From: Candidatus Latescibacterota bacterium | GTDB lineage: Bacteria; Latescibacterota; UBA2968; UBA8231 | NCBI GenBank assembly: GCA_964291625.2 | Contig: OZ220089.1 | Location: forward strand, 3,488,001-3,552,000 | DNA: 64,000 nt | Reading direction: 5' to 3' | Part shown: one piece after another, positions 8,711 through 18,130 of the stretch | How the letters are laid out: the number at the start of each line of letters is the position of its first letter | Position numbering within the stretch: the first letter of the stretch is position 1 | Made by a program: the position numbers and the translations under genes | Notes under the pieces: model-generated | The model's database searches: none | What the model was told of the DNA's origin: nothing | The model's input: the letters and a program-made list of their open reading frames with translations, nothing else

Positions 8711-8746
8711 GCGCGCTTCCCGACACGGATCACAGATACTACCCGG

Positions 8747-8843
8747 CTACCTCAGGGCGGCCTTGATCCTCGCCCGGGAGGACGGCTCCACCGCGGAGTT
8801 TTCGCCACCGTCATGGCGGGATGGATGCTCCTCCCTGGCGGCG
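8747..8843 (-). pseudogene. Orphan 3' tail of the SWGRIKA family
   Basis: Translates AAREEHPSRHDGGENSAVEPSSRARIKAALR*; nucleotide match to 57432-57520 including the TAGCCGG after the stop. Confidence 0.8.
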
Positions 8844-8863
8844 GAGCGGCGCGGAGGGACCGT

Positions 8864-10702
8864 CTACCGGTAGCGCTCCGCTTGGGTGTTGAACATCCGC
8901 GCGTAGCGGCCGTCCTCGGCCAGGAGCTGCTCGTGGCTCCCCTGCTCGACGAGCTCACCCTGATGGAGGACGAGGATCCGGTCGGCCATGCGCACCGTGG
9001 AGAAGCGGTGGGAGATGAAGATCGCCGTCCGGTCCGCCGTGAGCTCGGCGAAGCGCGAGAACACGTCCTGCTCGGCGAAGGCGTCGAGGGCGGCCGTGGG
9101 CTCGTCGAGAATGAGGATCTGCGCCTCCTTCATGAAGGCGCGGCTCAGGGCGATCTTCTGCCACTCGCCCCCGGACAGGTCGACGCCCTCTTCGAACTCC
9201 TTCCCCAGGACCGTGTCGTATCCCTTCGGCAGGCCGTCGATGAGGTCCCCGGCGCCGCCGTCGAGGGCGGCGCGCTCGATGCGGTCGGCATCGTCGAGGC
9301 GGTCCACCTGGCCGAAGCCGACGTTCTCCTTCGCCGGCAGGCCGTATCGCACGAAGTCCTGGAAGATCACCCCGATACGGCGGCGAAGCTCTTCCGGGTC
9401 GTATTCCCGGAGGTCCCGTCCATCGAGATGGACGGCGCCTTCCGTGGGGTCGTAGAACCGGGCCAGGAGCTTGATGAGGGTGGTCTTGCCGGCGCCGTTC
9501 TCCCCGACGATGGCGGCCGATCCGCCCGCCTCGATGGCGAAGGAGACGTTCCTCAGGACATCCCGGTCGGAGCCTGGATACCGGAAGGAGACGTTGCGGA
9601 ACTCGAGGCCCTGGGTCAGTCGCTCGGGGACCGGCACGGGCGAGGCGGGGGGCGGTGCCAGCGCCCCGCCGACGGAGCGGGGATCGAGATCGAGGAACCG
9701 GAAGAGGGTGCCGGCGAAGATCGTGTGCTCGTAGAACAGGCCGAGATTGCTGAATAGGCTGGAGAACCCCGACCGTCCCTGCTCGGCCGCCTGAAAGGCC
9801 AGGGCCACGGTGCCAAGGCTGATCTGGCCTCCCACGGCGCGCACCACGGCGTAGGCCCAGATGGACGCCGTCCCCACCATCGTCATCAGTCCCAGGAGGA
9901 AAGCGAAGCGTTCCTGGGCGAAGCGGAGGCGGATCGTCTCCTTTCCCCACGACCGCCAGAATCGGCCGAAGCGCTTCAGCAGTTCCTCGTGGAGCGCGAA
10001 GATGCGGATCTCCTTGACGGCCTCGCGAGAGCCGAGCAGCCCCGCCAGGTACTCGGCCATGCGCCGGTTGGCCGCCATGGCGCCCACCAGTGAGAAGCGC
10101 CTGCCGGCGTAGTGGCCGCCGACGATCACCTGCGGCGCCGAGGTAGCGAGCAGCACGATCGGCGCGGCCCAGTGGACCGAGAGCAGCAGGACCAGCATGG
10201 AGGCCAGCCCGGTCAGGGAGGAGGCGATGAGCAGGGACAGGACGGCGAGGTTGTGGGCGCGATAGGTCTCGCTCCCGGCCTTCTCCAACTCGTCGAAGAA
10301 GGCCGGGGTCTCGAAGAAGGCGATGTCGAGCCGGGCGGCCTTCCTCAGGATCAGGTTCTGGCTGTGGTTGCTGACATCGACCCCGACCTTCTCCTGCAAT
10401 CCGGTGGCCGCCGCCCCGCACAGGGACCCGAGGATCCAGACGCCGAAGACGCCGGCCACCGGCGTCAGCAGGCCGACCCAGTCCACCGGGGTATCCGCCG
10501 GACCAACCACGGCCCCGGCCACGTTGTCGATGACGATCTTGGTGATCCAGACCTGGGTCGCCGGGACCACGGCGCTGAGCATGTTCACCGCGACGGCCAG
10601 GACGCCGTAGAGCCCGGTCGCGTCCCAGATCAGGCGCAGGCACCGGGGGTAGTACCTGACTACCTGGGCTATCGAATCGGCCACGGCTTCAGTCGATGGC
10701 AC
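8864..10702 (-). CDS. ABC transporter, fused permease/ATP-binding (exporter type)
   Basis: N-terminal TMD; Walker A GENGAGKT, LSGGEWQ signature, ILDEPT, ISHR. Confidence 0.95.
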   Translation of the reverse strand: MPSTEAVADSIAQVVRYYPRCLRLIWDATGLYGVLAVAVNMLSAVVPATQVWITKIVIDNVAGAVVGPADTPVDWVGLLTPVAGVFGVWILGSLCGAAATGLQEKVGVDVSNHSQNLILRKAARLDIAFFETPAFFDELEKAGSETYRAHNLAVLSLLIASSLTGLASMLVLLLSVHWAAPIVLLATSAPQVIVGGHYAGRRFSLVGAMAANRRMAEYLAGLLGSREAVKEIRIFALHEELLKRFGRFWRSWGKETIRLRFAQERFAFLLGLMTMVGTASIWAYAVVRAVGGQISLGTVALAFQAAEQGRSGFSSLFSNLGLFYEHTIFAGTLFRFLDLDPRSVGGALAPPPASPVPVPERLTQGLEFRNVSFRYPGSDRDVLRNVSFAIEAGGSAAIVGENGAGKTTLIKLLARFYDPTEGAVHLDGRDLREYDPEELRRRIGVIFQDFVRYGLPAKENVGFGQVDRLDDADRIERAALDGGAGDLIDGLPKGYDTVLGKEFEEGVDLSGGEWQKIALSRAFMKEAQILILDEPTAALDAFAEQDVFSRFAELTADRTAIFISHRFSTVRMADRILVLHQGELVEQGSHEQLLAEDGRYARMFNTQAERYR

Positions 10703-11795
10703 CGCCGGCGATCCGGAGAGTCACGATCTCCACTTCGCGCACCTCGGCCTCGACCCCGAGGCCGTACTCCTCTTCCAGCACTCGCCGTGTCTCATCGAGA
10801 GATTCGAGGGGGAGCGTGAAGTCGTACTTCCCCTGCAGTGCAGTCTCGTTGAAGAAAGCTCCATCCGTGGATCTCTCGAGATACCGGACGAGTTGATCGA
10901 TGGTGATGTTCGAGCCTGTGAACTCTGACTGTGATGTCTGCGTGGACATGCCGCCGCCCAGGTCCGACATGTCCGTCATCCGCGGCTGACGGCAGGTCAG
11001 CTTCCAGCCTTCCCGCTCTTCCTGTGCGCGGTGAATCGTGATTCCGCCGAGGTCGCAGAGGACGTCCAGGGCTCTCCGCCTGGCGGCCTCCGGCTTCAGG
11101 GGGCTATTGCAGCGCAGCTCCACGTCCCACAGCTCCTCCGGCTCCTGTCCCTCGATCCGGAACCGGGAGCGGGGGTGGTCCAGCAGGTCGCGGATCACCT
11201 CCACCACCCGGCACCCGTGGTACTCGGCCTCGAACCGTCCGTCGCCGTTGCATGAGCCGTACTCCCTGCGGTCGGAAGCATTCCGGTCGATCCGCAGGAA
11301 GAAGGGAGCATCCTGGGCTTCCACGGCCACGGTCTCCGGCGCGGCGGCCGGCTCGGCCACCTCGGGGACCTGGTCCGTGCGCAGGAACGTCTCCAGCAGT
11401 TCCGCCGTGAAGAGATTGGGATGGCCGTGCCAGCGAAGCAGACCCTGGGCGTCGATGATGAGGGTGCGAGGGATGCTGCGTATTTCAAAGGCGTCGAAGG
11501 TCGCACGGTCTCGATCGACGGCGACCGAGCCCTCGATGGGCCGCTTCTGCAGGAAGCGCTCTATGGTGGGAGCGTCCTCCGGGCTCAGGGAGACGAACAG
11601 CGTCTCCGCATCTCCATAGGTGGAGGCGAGCTCGTTGAGGTGGGGGATGGCGCTGATGCAGGGCCCGCAGTGAGTCCCCCAGAACTCGAGGATCACGTTC
11701 CGGCCGGCAAAGGCGTCCTCGCCTGCCGGCTTCCCGGATACCCATTCACCCACCTCGATCGGCGGGGCCGGCTGGCCAACGGATGGAGTACTCAT
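10689..11795 (-). CDS. TlpA-like redoxin fused to a C-terminal TIGR03435-like domain
   Basis: EFWGTHCGPC, IRSIP cis-Pro; C-terminal NETALQGKYDFTL...EEEYGL resembles TIGR03435-type proteins (recognition by eye). Confidence 0.75.
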   Translation of the reverse strand: MSTPSVGQPAPPIEVGEWVSGKPAGEDAFAGRNVILEFWGTHCGPCISAIPHLNELASTYGDAETLFVSLSPEDAPTIERFLQKRPIEGSVAVDRDRATFDAFEIRSIPRTLIIDAQGLLRWHGHPNLFTAELLETFLRTDQVPEVAEPAAAPETVAVEAQDAPFFLRIDRNASDRREYGSCNGDGRFEAEYHGCRVVEVIRDLLDHPRSRFRIEGQEPEELWDVELRCNSPLKPEAARRRALDVLCDLGGITIHRAQEEREGWKLTCRQPRMTDMSDLGGGMSTQTSQSEFTGSNITIDQLVRYLERSTDGAFFNETALQGKYDFTLPLESLDETRRVLEEEYGLGVEAEVREVEIVTLRIAGGAID

Positions 11796-11904
11796 AGGGA
11801 ACTCCTTCGGGGAAAGGTGTTGCGAAGGTGCGTGGCGTACCTGGCGCCGAGGTCCTGAGGGCGAAGCTACCCGGGGGATCTCGACAGGGTCAAGCCTCCG
11901 GGTG

Positions 11905-12645
11905 TCAGCCCAGCAGCAGGTGGCTCCGCGGCTCCCAGCCGAGCAGGGCCCGGGCCTTGGATAGGTTGACCTGCTCCTGGTTCTCGTCGCCGGCGATGAA
12001 GAAGGCGTCGAAGCGGCCGCGGCCCTCGCGCACGAAGTCGAGGCCGGCCAGATAGGCCCGGGCCAGGTCCTCCTCGTCGGTGGGCACGACGCCGGCCACG
12101 GGCGGGCTGTTGCGGCGCTCGATGAACCGCTCCCGCGTCGACGGCCCGGTGATGCGGAAGACGGCCAGGTTCATCGCGAACTCGCGGGCGAAGTATCGGC
12201 AGATGCCCTCGGCCAGGCCCTTGGTGAGGCCGTAGACGTTGGGGCCGTCGAGGGGGACGTGGTCCTCGCCGGGGTACCAGTCGCGGCCGCGGTGGTGCTG
12301 GCTCATGGTGCCGGTGTGGATGCCGCAGTGGATGCCCAGGTCGTGGGCGGTGAGCAGCAGCAGGTGCAGGCCGAGGCAGTTGACGGTGTAGTTGTCGATG
12401 GCCAGTTGCGGCGTGTGGTCGCGGGTGAAGCCGCCCTGCCCGCCCTTCATGACCATGGTGATGAAGGTGTCCATGCCGTCCAGGGCGCGGCCCAGGGCCT
12501 CGGGATCGGCGATGGAGCCCTCGACGAAGTCGACGTCGCGGGCCGGCGGCGCCAGGTCGAGGACGCGCAGCTCGTGGACCCGTTGCAGGTAGGGCGTGAC
12601 GATGGTGCCCACGTGGCCGGAGCCGCCCACGAGCAGGACCTTCAC
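11905..12645 (-). CDS. NAD-dependent epimerase/dehydratase (uronate dehydrogenase-like extended SDR)
   Basis: GTG 12645 overlapping upstream stop; VLLVGGSGHVG Rossmann motif, YGLTK catalytic motif. Confidence 0.88.
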   Translation of the reverse strand: MKVLLVGGSGHVGTIVTPYLQRVHELRVLDLAPPARDVDFVEGSIADPEALGRALDGMDTFITMVMKGGQGGFTRDHTPQLAIDNYTVNCLGLHLLLLTAHDLGIHCGIHTGTMSQHHRGRDWYPGEDHVPLDGPNVYGLTKGLAEGICRYFAREFAMNLAVFRITGPSTRERFIERRNSPPVAGVVPTDEEDLARAYLAGLDFVREGRGRFDAFFIAGDENQEQVNLSKARALLGWEPRSHLLLG

Positions 12646-13769
12646 GAGGCCGGTCTCTTCCCCGTGAGGATCCGCTCCACCTTGTCGCAGGTGAAGTCGA
12701 TCTCCTCGTCGGTCATCTCGATGGCGTCGAGCCAGATGTAGCCCCGGTCGGTGTGGTGGGCGCGGACGACGACGGTGGGATCGCCCTCGGCCAGCGCTTC
12801 GGCGAGGGAGGCGGCCGTGTGCCCCGTGGTCCCGGGGTCGGGCGTCAGGCGCGCCCGCGAGAAGGGGCAGCCGTTGGCATCGGGATCGACGCCCAGGGCC
12901 AGTCCCGGCACCGGCTCCAGGCGGTCGAGGATGCGCCGCACCCGCCGGTCCTGCTCCGCCGTCCAGGCGTCCACGTCCTCGGCCTCGCGGTACTCCAGGC
13001 CGGCCATGGCGCCGACGATCGCCTCCTTGCCGGCCTTCATGGGGCGGCCGATGCCGCGGTTCTGCAGGTAGACGGCGTCCACCAGCTCCTGGCGCCCGGC
13101 GACGATGCCGCCGGTGGTGGCGCACAGGAACTTGTGGGCGCTGGTGATCACCAGGTCGGCGCCGGTGGCGATCAGGCCGCGCAGGCGCAGGTCCTGGGCG
13201 GCGCCGTCGACGATGACCGGCACGCCGTGCTCGTGGGCGAGGGCGACGACGCGGGCCAGCGGCACCCAGCCGAACTGCACCGTGTGGAAGGACTCGACGT
13301 GGAGCACGGCGGTCACGCCCTCGCCGGACAGCCCCTCTACAAGCTCTTCCTCGGTGCAGCGGTTGACCGAGCCCAGCTCCACGGGGCGGGCCCCGGCCAG
13401 CCGGATCGCCTGGGTCACCGGCTGGCCGTAGTTGACGCAGTGCCCCTTCTGGATCAGCACCCGGTCCTTCAGGCCGGTGGTGTCCGGCAGCTGCAGGACC
13501 TTGGGCAGGTCGGCGCCCGTCATCGAGGCGGCCACGCCGAGGGTGATGCCGGCGGCGCTGCAGGCGGTGACGCAGCCGCTCTCGGCGCCGGAGGAGGCGG
13601 CGATGGCGCGCCCGGCCGCGGCCTGCAGCTCGTCGAGGACGAAGAAGTGGCGCATCGACTCGGCCGCCTGCGCGGCGATCTCGGGCAGCACGATGGCGCC
13701 CCCCAGGTGGGTCATCTTGCCGCAGGCGTTGATCACGCGGCGCAGTCCGTACTTGCGGTGCAGCTCCAT
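12642..13769 (-). CDS. SelA-like PLP enzyme (DgaE/D-glucosaminate-6-phosphate ammonia-lyase-like)
   Basis: RRVINACGKMTHLGG, IVDGAA, TSAHK (PLP Lys), GIGRPMKAGKE; about 375 aa. Confidence 0.85.
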   Translation of the reverse strand: MELHRKYGLRRVINACGKMTHLGGAIVLPEIAAQAAESMRHFFVLDELQAAAGRAIAASSGAESGCVTACSAAGITLGVAASMTGADLPKVLQLPDTTGLKDRVLIQKGHCVNYGQPVTQAIRLAGARPVELGSVNRCTEEELVEGLSGEGVTAVLHVESFHTVQFGWVPLARVVALAHEHGVPVIVDGAAQDLRLRGLIATGADLVITSAHKFLCATTGGIVAGRQELVDAVYLQNRGIGRPMKAGKEAIVGAMAGLEYREAEDVDAWTAEQDRRVRRILDRLEPVPGLALGVDPDANGCPFSRARLTPDPGTTGHTAASLAEALAEGDPTVVVRAHHTDRGYIWLDAIEMTDEEIDFTCDKVERILTGKRPAS

Positions 13770-13945
13770 GCTCGCTCCGTGGTCTCTGGTGGGGGCCGGG
13801 AATGTAGCCGAGCGCCGCGGGCGCCCCAAACAGCCTGGAGCCGTGGGCGAGGGGTCCCCCGGCGCCGGGATCTGGCTTAACTTGGCGGCAGCACTGACGA
13901 CGGTCCGCCGCGCGGCGGCGGGCGTACCCAGCTTGCGAGGACTCG

Positions 13946-14971
13946 ATGACGAAGACCTTTTCCCAACGCAGGATCGGAAAGACCGACATCACCGTCACCG
14001 AGGTCGGTTTCGGCGGCGCCCACCTCGGGGAGCTGTTCGAGGGCGTGCCCGACGACCAGGCGCAGGCGACCCTGGCCGCGGCCTGGGAGGGCGGCATGCG
14101 CCTCTACGACACCGCCCCATACTACGGCCACGGTCTCTCCGAGCACCGCACGGGCGACTTCCTGCGGCGCCGGGAGCGCTCGCAGTACGTGCTCTCCACC
14201 AAGGTGGGCCGCGTCCTCAAGGCCGCCCGCGACCTGGAGCGCTTCGACCGCGGCGTCTGGACCGGCGCCCTGCCCTTCGAGTTCCACTACGACTACAGCT
14301 ACGACGGCATCATGCGCTCGTGGGAGGACAGCCTCCAGCGCCTGGGCCTGCCCTCCATCGACCTGCTGCTGGTGCACGACCTCGACAGCCTCGTGCACCC
14401 CACGGAGAAGCGGCTCTCGTCCCACGAGTCGCAGCTCTGCACCAGCGGCGCCCGGGCGCTGGAGGAACTGCGCCGCGACGGCCGCATCGGCGCCATCGGC
14501 GCCGGCATCAACGTCCGTCCGGCCATCCCGCGGCTGATCGACCTCGTCGATCTCGACTTCTTCATCGTCGCCATGCCCTACACCCTGCTCGACCAGGACG
14601 TGCTCGACGAGGAGTTCCCCCTCTGCCAGGAGCGCGGCGTGAGCGTCGTCATCGGCGCCCCCTTCGCCTCCGGGATCCTGGTCACCGGTCCGAAGGAGGG
14701 AGCCGCGTACGCCTACGGGCCGGCGCCGCCCGGGATCCTCGACAAGGCGCGGCGCATCCAGGCGGTCTGCGGGCGCCACGAGGTGCCCCTGCCGGCGGCG
14801 GCGATCCAGTTCCCTCTCGCCCATCCGCTGGTCTCGGCGGTGATTCCCGGGGCCGTGCATCCCGGGCAGGTGCAGGCCAACCTGGACTCGTGGAGCCGCC
14901 CGATACCGGCGGACCTGTGGGCGGAGCTGAAGGCGGAGGGCCTGATCCGGGCGGACGCGCCGACGCCGTGA
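13946..14971 (+). CDS. Aldo/keto reductase (D-threo-aldose 1-dehydrogenase-like)
   Basis: YDTAPYYGHGLSE, LSTKVGR, DYSYDG, LLVHD, PFASGIL. Confidence 0.92.
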   Translation: MTKTFSQRRIGKTDITVTEVGFGGAHLGELFEGVPDDQAQATLAAAWEGGMRLYDTAPYYGHGLSEHRTGDFLRRRERSQYVLSTKVGRVLKAARDLERFDRGVWTGALPFEFHYDYSYDGIMRSWEDSLQRLGLPSIDLLLVHDLDSLVHPTEKRLSSHESQLCTSGARALEELRRDGRIGAIGAGINVRPAIPRLIDLVDLDFFIVAMPYTLLDQDVLDEEFPLCQERGVSVVIGAPFASGILVTGPKEGAAYAYGPAPPGILDKARRIQAVCGRHEVPLPAAAIQFPLAHPLVSAVIPGAVHPGQVQANLDSWSRPIPADLWAELKAEGLIRADAPTP

Positions 14972-14981
14972 GCCGGACGGC

Positions 14982-15575
14982 TCAGCCGGCGGCGTAGAAC
15001 GCGATCAGCAGGACCACCCAGACGACCTCGAGGAAGTGCCAGTAGGTGGCGGCGCTGCGCACCGCCGGCAGGTGCTCCAGGCCGAGTCGGTCCATGGCGG
15101 CGCGCACCGCCAGCATCCCCAGCAGACCCAGGCCCGCCGCCACGTGGACGGCGTGGATGAGGACGAGGGCGAAGGCGAGGCCCTCCAGGCCGATGAAGGC
15201 GCCCGTCGACAGGGACAGCTCGTGCCGGGCCAGGAGGGAGGCCATGCCCAGGACCTGGGCGAGGGTGAAGAGCAGGCCGAGGCCGAAGCCGACGCGCACC
15301 CAGCGGCCGACTTCGAGGAGCCGGGCCCGCCGGGCGTGGCGGGCGGCCCCCTCGACGGCCAGGCCCGAGAGCAGCAGCAGCAGGGTCGAGAGCCACAGGG
15401 CCGGGGGCAGGGAGAGGTCGCTCCCGGAGGGACGCGACTGGTGGCTGAAGGCGAAGATCGCCAGCCCCGCGGCGAAGAACACGGACAGGGAGACGAGGAC
15501 CAGAACGAGGCCGAGGCGGCGCACGGAGACCGGGTCGGGCAGGGGAGCCCGGGAGGGGGGGCCGGAGGGATCCAT
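14982..15575 (-). CDS. Cytochrome c oxidase subunit III-like membrane protein
   Basis: STLLLLLSG, IHAVHV, YWHFLEVVWVVL motifs. Confidence 0.85.
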   Translation of the reverse strand: MDPSGPPSRAPLPDPVSVRRLGLVLVLVSLSVFFAAGLAIFAFSHQSRPSGSDLSLPPALWLSTLLLLLSGLAVEGAARHARRARLLEVGRWVRVGFGLGLLFTLAQVLGMASLLARHELSLSTGAFIGLEGLAFALVLIHAVHVAAGLGLLGMLAVRAAMDRLGLEHLPAVRSAATYWHFLEVVWVVLLIAFYAAG

Positions 15576-15674
15576 GGGCGCACTCTACGAAGGCGGGCAT
15601 CCATGCTCAAGGCCGGGCCGGCCGGCTTCCGGCGCCGGTTGCCGGGGCCCGGCAGCGGCTCCACCTTCCACCCC

Positions 15675-16928
15675 ATGGACGATCCCGCGGCTCCCGGACC
15701 GCCGCCGACCCTGTGCATCGACGCCACCCGCCCCGCCGCCGGCTGGCGCCTCTGGGGCATGAGCCTCGTGGAGCGCCATCTGCGCGAGGGCCGCCGCCGC
15801 GGCCTCGACCGCGCCGTCGTCTGCGTGACCGCCGGGACCGCCGGCTCCGCCGGCCGCTTCCGCCCCGACCTGGACCGCCTGCATCCACAGGAGCGCCGAC
15901 TCGTGGAGGTGGCCGGCGGCCGGGAGGCCCGCCGCTGGCTGGCGGAGCACATCGAGGGCGCGGTCCTGTTCCTGGAGGGCGACGCCGTCGCCGACGGCCG
16001 GATCCTCGACCATCTGCTGGCCGCCGGCCCCGGCTGCGTGGTCCGCGGCGAGGGCGCCGGCGCCGCCCACCTGCCCTCGGCGGCTCCTCTGGGCGAGGCG
16101 GCGGGCGACGGCGCCTGGGAGCCGGAGCCGGGAGGGGCCCTGCGCGCCGTGGAGGCCGGGGACCTCGACCGCTATGTCCCGGAGCTGCGGCTCACCATGC
16201 CGCCCTTCCTGATCCGCCTGAACGATCCGCGGCAACTGCGGGAGATCGACCGGCTGATGTTCCACCGCACCTTCAAGGGCGTCATCGACGTCGTCGCCCG
16301 CTACGGCTACTACCACCTCGTGCGTTTCCTCACCCGGGGCCTGGGCCGGACGACGGTCTCCCCGAACCTGCTGACCCTGCTCTCCGTCGTCGGCATCTGG
16401 GCGGCGATCCCCTGCTTCGCCGCCGGGCAGCTGGGGGCCGGCGTCCTGTGCGCCTGGGCCGGCGTCCTCCTCGACTCGGTGGACGGCAAGCTCGCCCGCC
16501 TCACCGTCAACCTGAGCGACCGCATGGGCGGCTTCGAGCACGCCGCCGCCATCCCGGGCCTCGGGCTGTGGTTCCTCGCCCTCGGGTGGCACCTGACCGG
16601 GGGCCGGCTGCTGACCCCGTCGCCGGCCGCCCTGGCCTGCTGGACGCTGGTGGCCGCCTTCCTCCTCGACAAGCTCTCCACCGGCGGCTTCAAGGCCCTC
16701 TTCGGCCGCGAGCTGTTCGACGCCCGGCCCTTCGACGCCGCCTTCCACCTGGTCGCCGCCCGCCGCAACGTCCACCTGGTGATTCTCACGCTCGGCACCG
16801 CCCTCGGGGCGGCGGAAGCCGCCTTCCAGGTCATGGCCTGGGCCATGGCGGCGACCCTGGCGGTCCACGCCGCCCGCTTCGCCTGGATCGCCGCCGCCGG
16901 CGGCCGGGAGCCGGGTCCCCATGCCTGA
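15675..16928 (+). CDS. CDP-alcohol phosphatidyltransferase family protein with degenerate N-terminal nucleotidyltransferase-like domain
   Basis: SPNLLT, LDSVDGKLARL motif; N-terminal LWGMSLVERHLR; start may be 15603. Confidence 0.82.
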   Translation: MDDPAAPGPPPTLCIDATRPAAGWRLWGMSLVERHLREGRRRGLDRAVVCVTAGTAGSAGRFRPDLDRLHPQERRLVEVAGGREARRWLAEHIEGAVLFLEGDAVADGRILDHLLAAGPGCVVRGEGAGAAHLPSAAPLGEAAGDGAWEPEPGGALRAVEAGDLDRYVPELRLTMPPFLIRLNDPRQLREIDRLMFHRTFKGVIDVVARYGYYHLVRFLTRGLGRTTVSPNLLTLLSVVGIWAAIPCFAAGQLGAGVLCAWAGVLLDSVDGKLARLTVNLSDRMGGFEHAAAIPGLGLWFLALGWHLTGGRLLTPSPAALACWTLVAAFLLDKLSTGGFKALFGRELFDARPFDAAFHLVAARRNVHLVILTLGTALGAAEAAFQVMAWAMAATLAVHAARFAWIAAAGGREPGPHA

Positions 16929-18087
16929 CCGGCCGGCGCCCCGGGTGCTCCTCTTCGGCACGCGCTTCCCGCCCGAGGCGGCGGGGACGGCGGCCTACGC
17001 GCGCGGCCTGGGCCTGGGGCTGGCATCGCAGGGGGTGGAGGTCCACGTGCTGACCATGGGACCCGCCGTGGCCGACGACGGCCTGCCCTTTCCGGTGCGG
17101 CGGCTGCGGCCGGCGGCCGGCGTCCTGCACCGCTATGGCCGCTGCCTGGGCGCCCTCCGCCGGGAGCTGGAGCGGCTGCGGCCCGACTGCCTGTGGACGA
17201 CCAACGGCATGGGCACGCGCGTGGCGGGTCTGCTCTCGCACCTGCCCTGCCCGCTGATCACCAGCGCCCGCGGCAGCGACCTGCGCACGCGCCTGCCGGG
17301 GAGGGGTCCCTGGCGGCGCCTGGAGAGCCTGGCCCTGCGCCGGGCCTACCGGCGCTCGGCGGGGGTCGCCGCCGCCAGCCGCGGCATGGCGCGCCTCGCC
17401 GCCTCCCGGGGGGTGGAGGAAGACCGCCTCTTCGTCAGCTATCCAGCCTTCGACTTCGCCTGGTCCGCGGGGGACGCCGGGGAGCCGCGAGGCCTCGGGG
17501 CCCCGGCGTCGGTGCTCACCGTCGCCCGGCTGACGCGGCAGAAGCGGGTCGACGTGGTCCTGCGCGCCGTGGCCGCCGCCGCCGCGAGGGTGCCGGGCCT
17601 GAGCTGCACGGTGGTCGGCGACGGCCCCGAGCGGGGCCGCCTCGAGCGCCTCTGCGGGGAGCTGGGCCTGGCCCGCCGCGTCCTCTTCGTCGGCGCCCTG
17701 CGCCCGCGCTCGGCGCCGCTGCGGGCCGAGTACGGGCGCGCCTCGGTCTTCGCCCTCACCAGCGTCGAGGAGGGCCTGGGCAACGCCTACATCGAGGCCG
17801 GGGCCTTCGGCCTGCCGAGCATCGGCGTCGACGGCGGCGGGACCCCGGAGGTGGTGGTCCACGGGCGCACGGGGTGGCTGGTGCCGGCCGACGATCCCGC
17901 GGCCACGGCGGAGGGCCTCCTCCGCCTGCTCTCGGACCACGAGGCGCGGCGCCGCATGGGACGCGAGGCCCGCCTGCGGGTGGAGGCCGAGTTCAGCGTC
18001 GAGGCCCTGGGCCGGCGCTCGGCCGAGGTGGTGCGCGCCGTCATCGCCGACCGGCGCCTGCCGCCCGAGGACGGGGCCGCCGAGTGA
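16921..18087 (+). CDS. Glycosyltransferase family 4
   Basis: VARLTRQKRVD, VVGDGPER, EEGLGNAYIEA, GGTPEVV. Confidence 0.93.
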   Translation: MPDRPAPRVLLFGTRFPPEAAGTAAYARGLGLGLASQGVEVHVLTMGPAVADDGLPFPVRRLRPAAGVLHRYGRCLGALRRELERLRPDCLWTTNGMGTRVAGLLSHLPCPLITSARGSDLRTRLPGRGPWRRLESLALRRAYRRSAGVAAASRGMARLAASRGVEEDRLFVSYPAFDFAWSAGDAGEPRGLGAPASVLTVARLTRQKRVDVVLRAVAAAAARVPGLSCTVVGDGPERGRLERLCGELGLARRVLFVGALRPRSAPLRAEYGRASVFALTSVEEGLGNAYIEAGAFGLPSIGVDGGGTPEVVVHGRTGWLVPADDPAATAEGLLRLLSDHEARRRMGREARLRVEAEFSVEALGRRSAEVVRAVIADRRLPPEDGAAE

Positions 18088-18130
18088 GTCCGGGAGGGCC
18101 GGTTCGCCGGGGACCGGGGCCAGGGGGCCG

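Noticed and set aside
8864-8866. Programmed amber readthrough adding the SWGRIKA tail to the ABC transporter
   Set aside because: The tail has lost the conserved Trp, the ATPase domain is cytoplasmic, and an in-frame position occurs by chance one time in three.
12642-13769. Selenocysteine synthase SelA
   Set aside because: Too short, lacks the SelA N-terminal domain, no selB/selD/selC nearby; fits the DgaE-like subfamily better.
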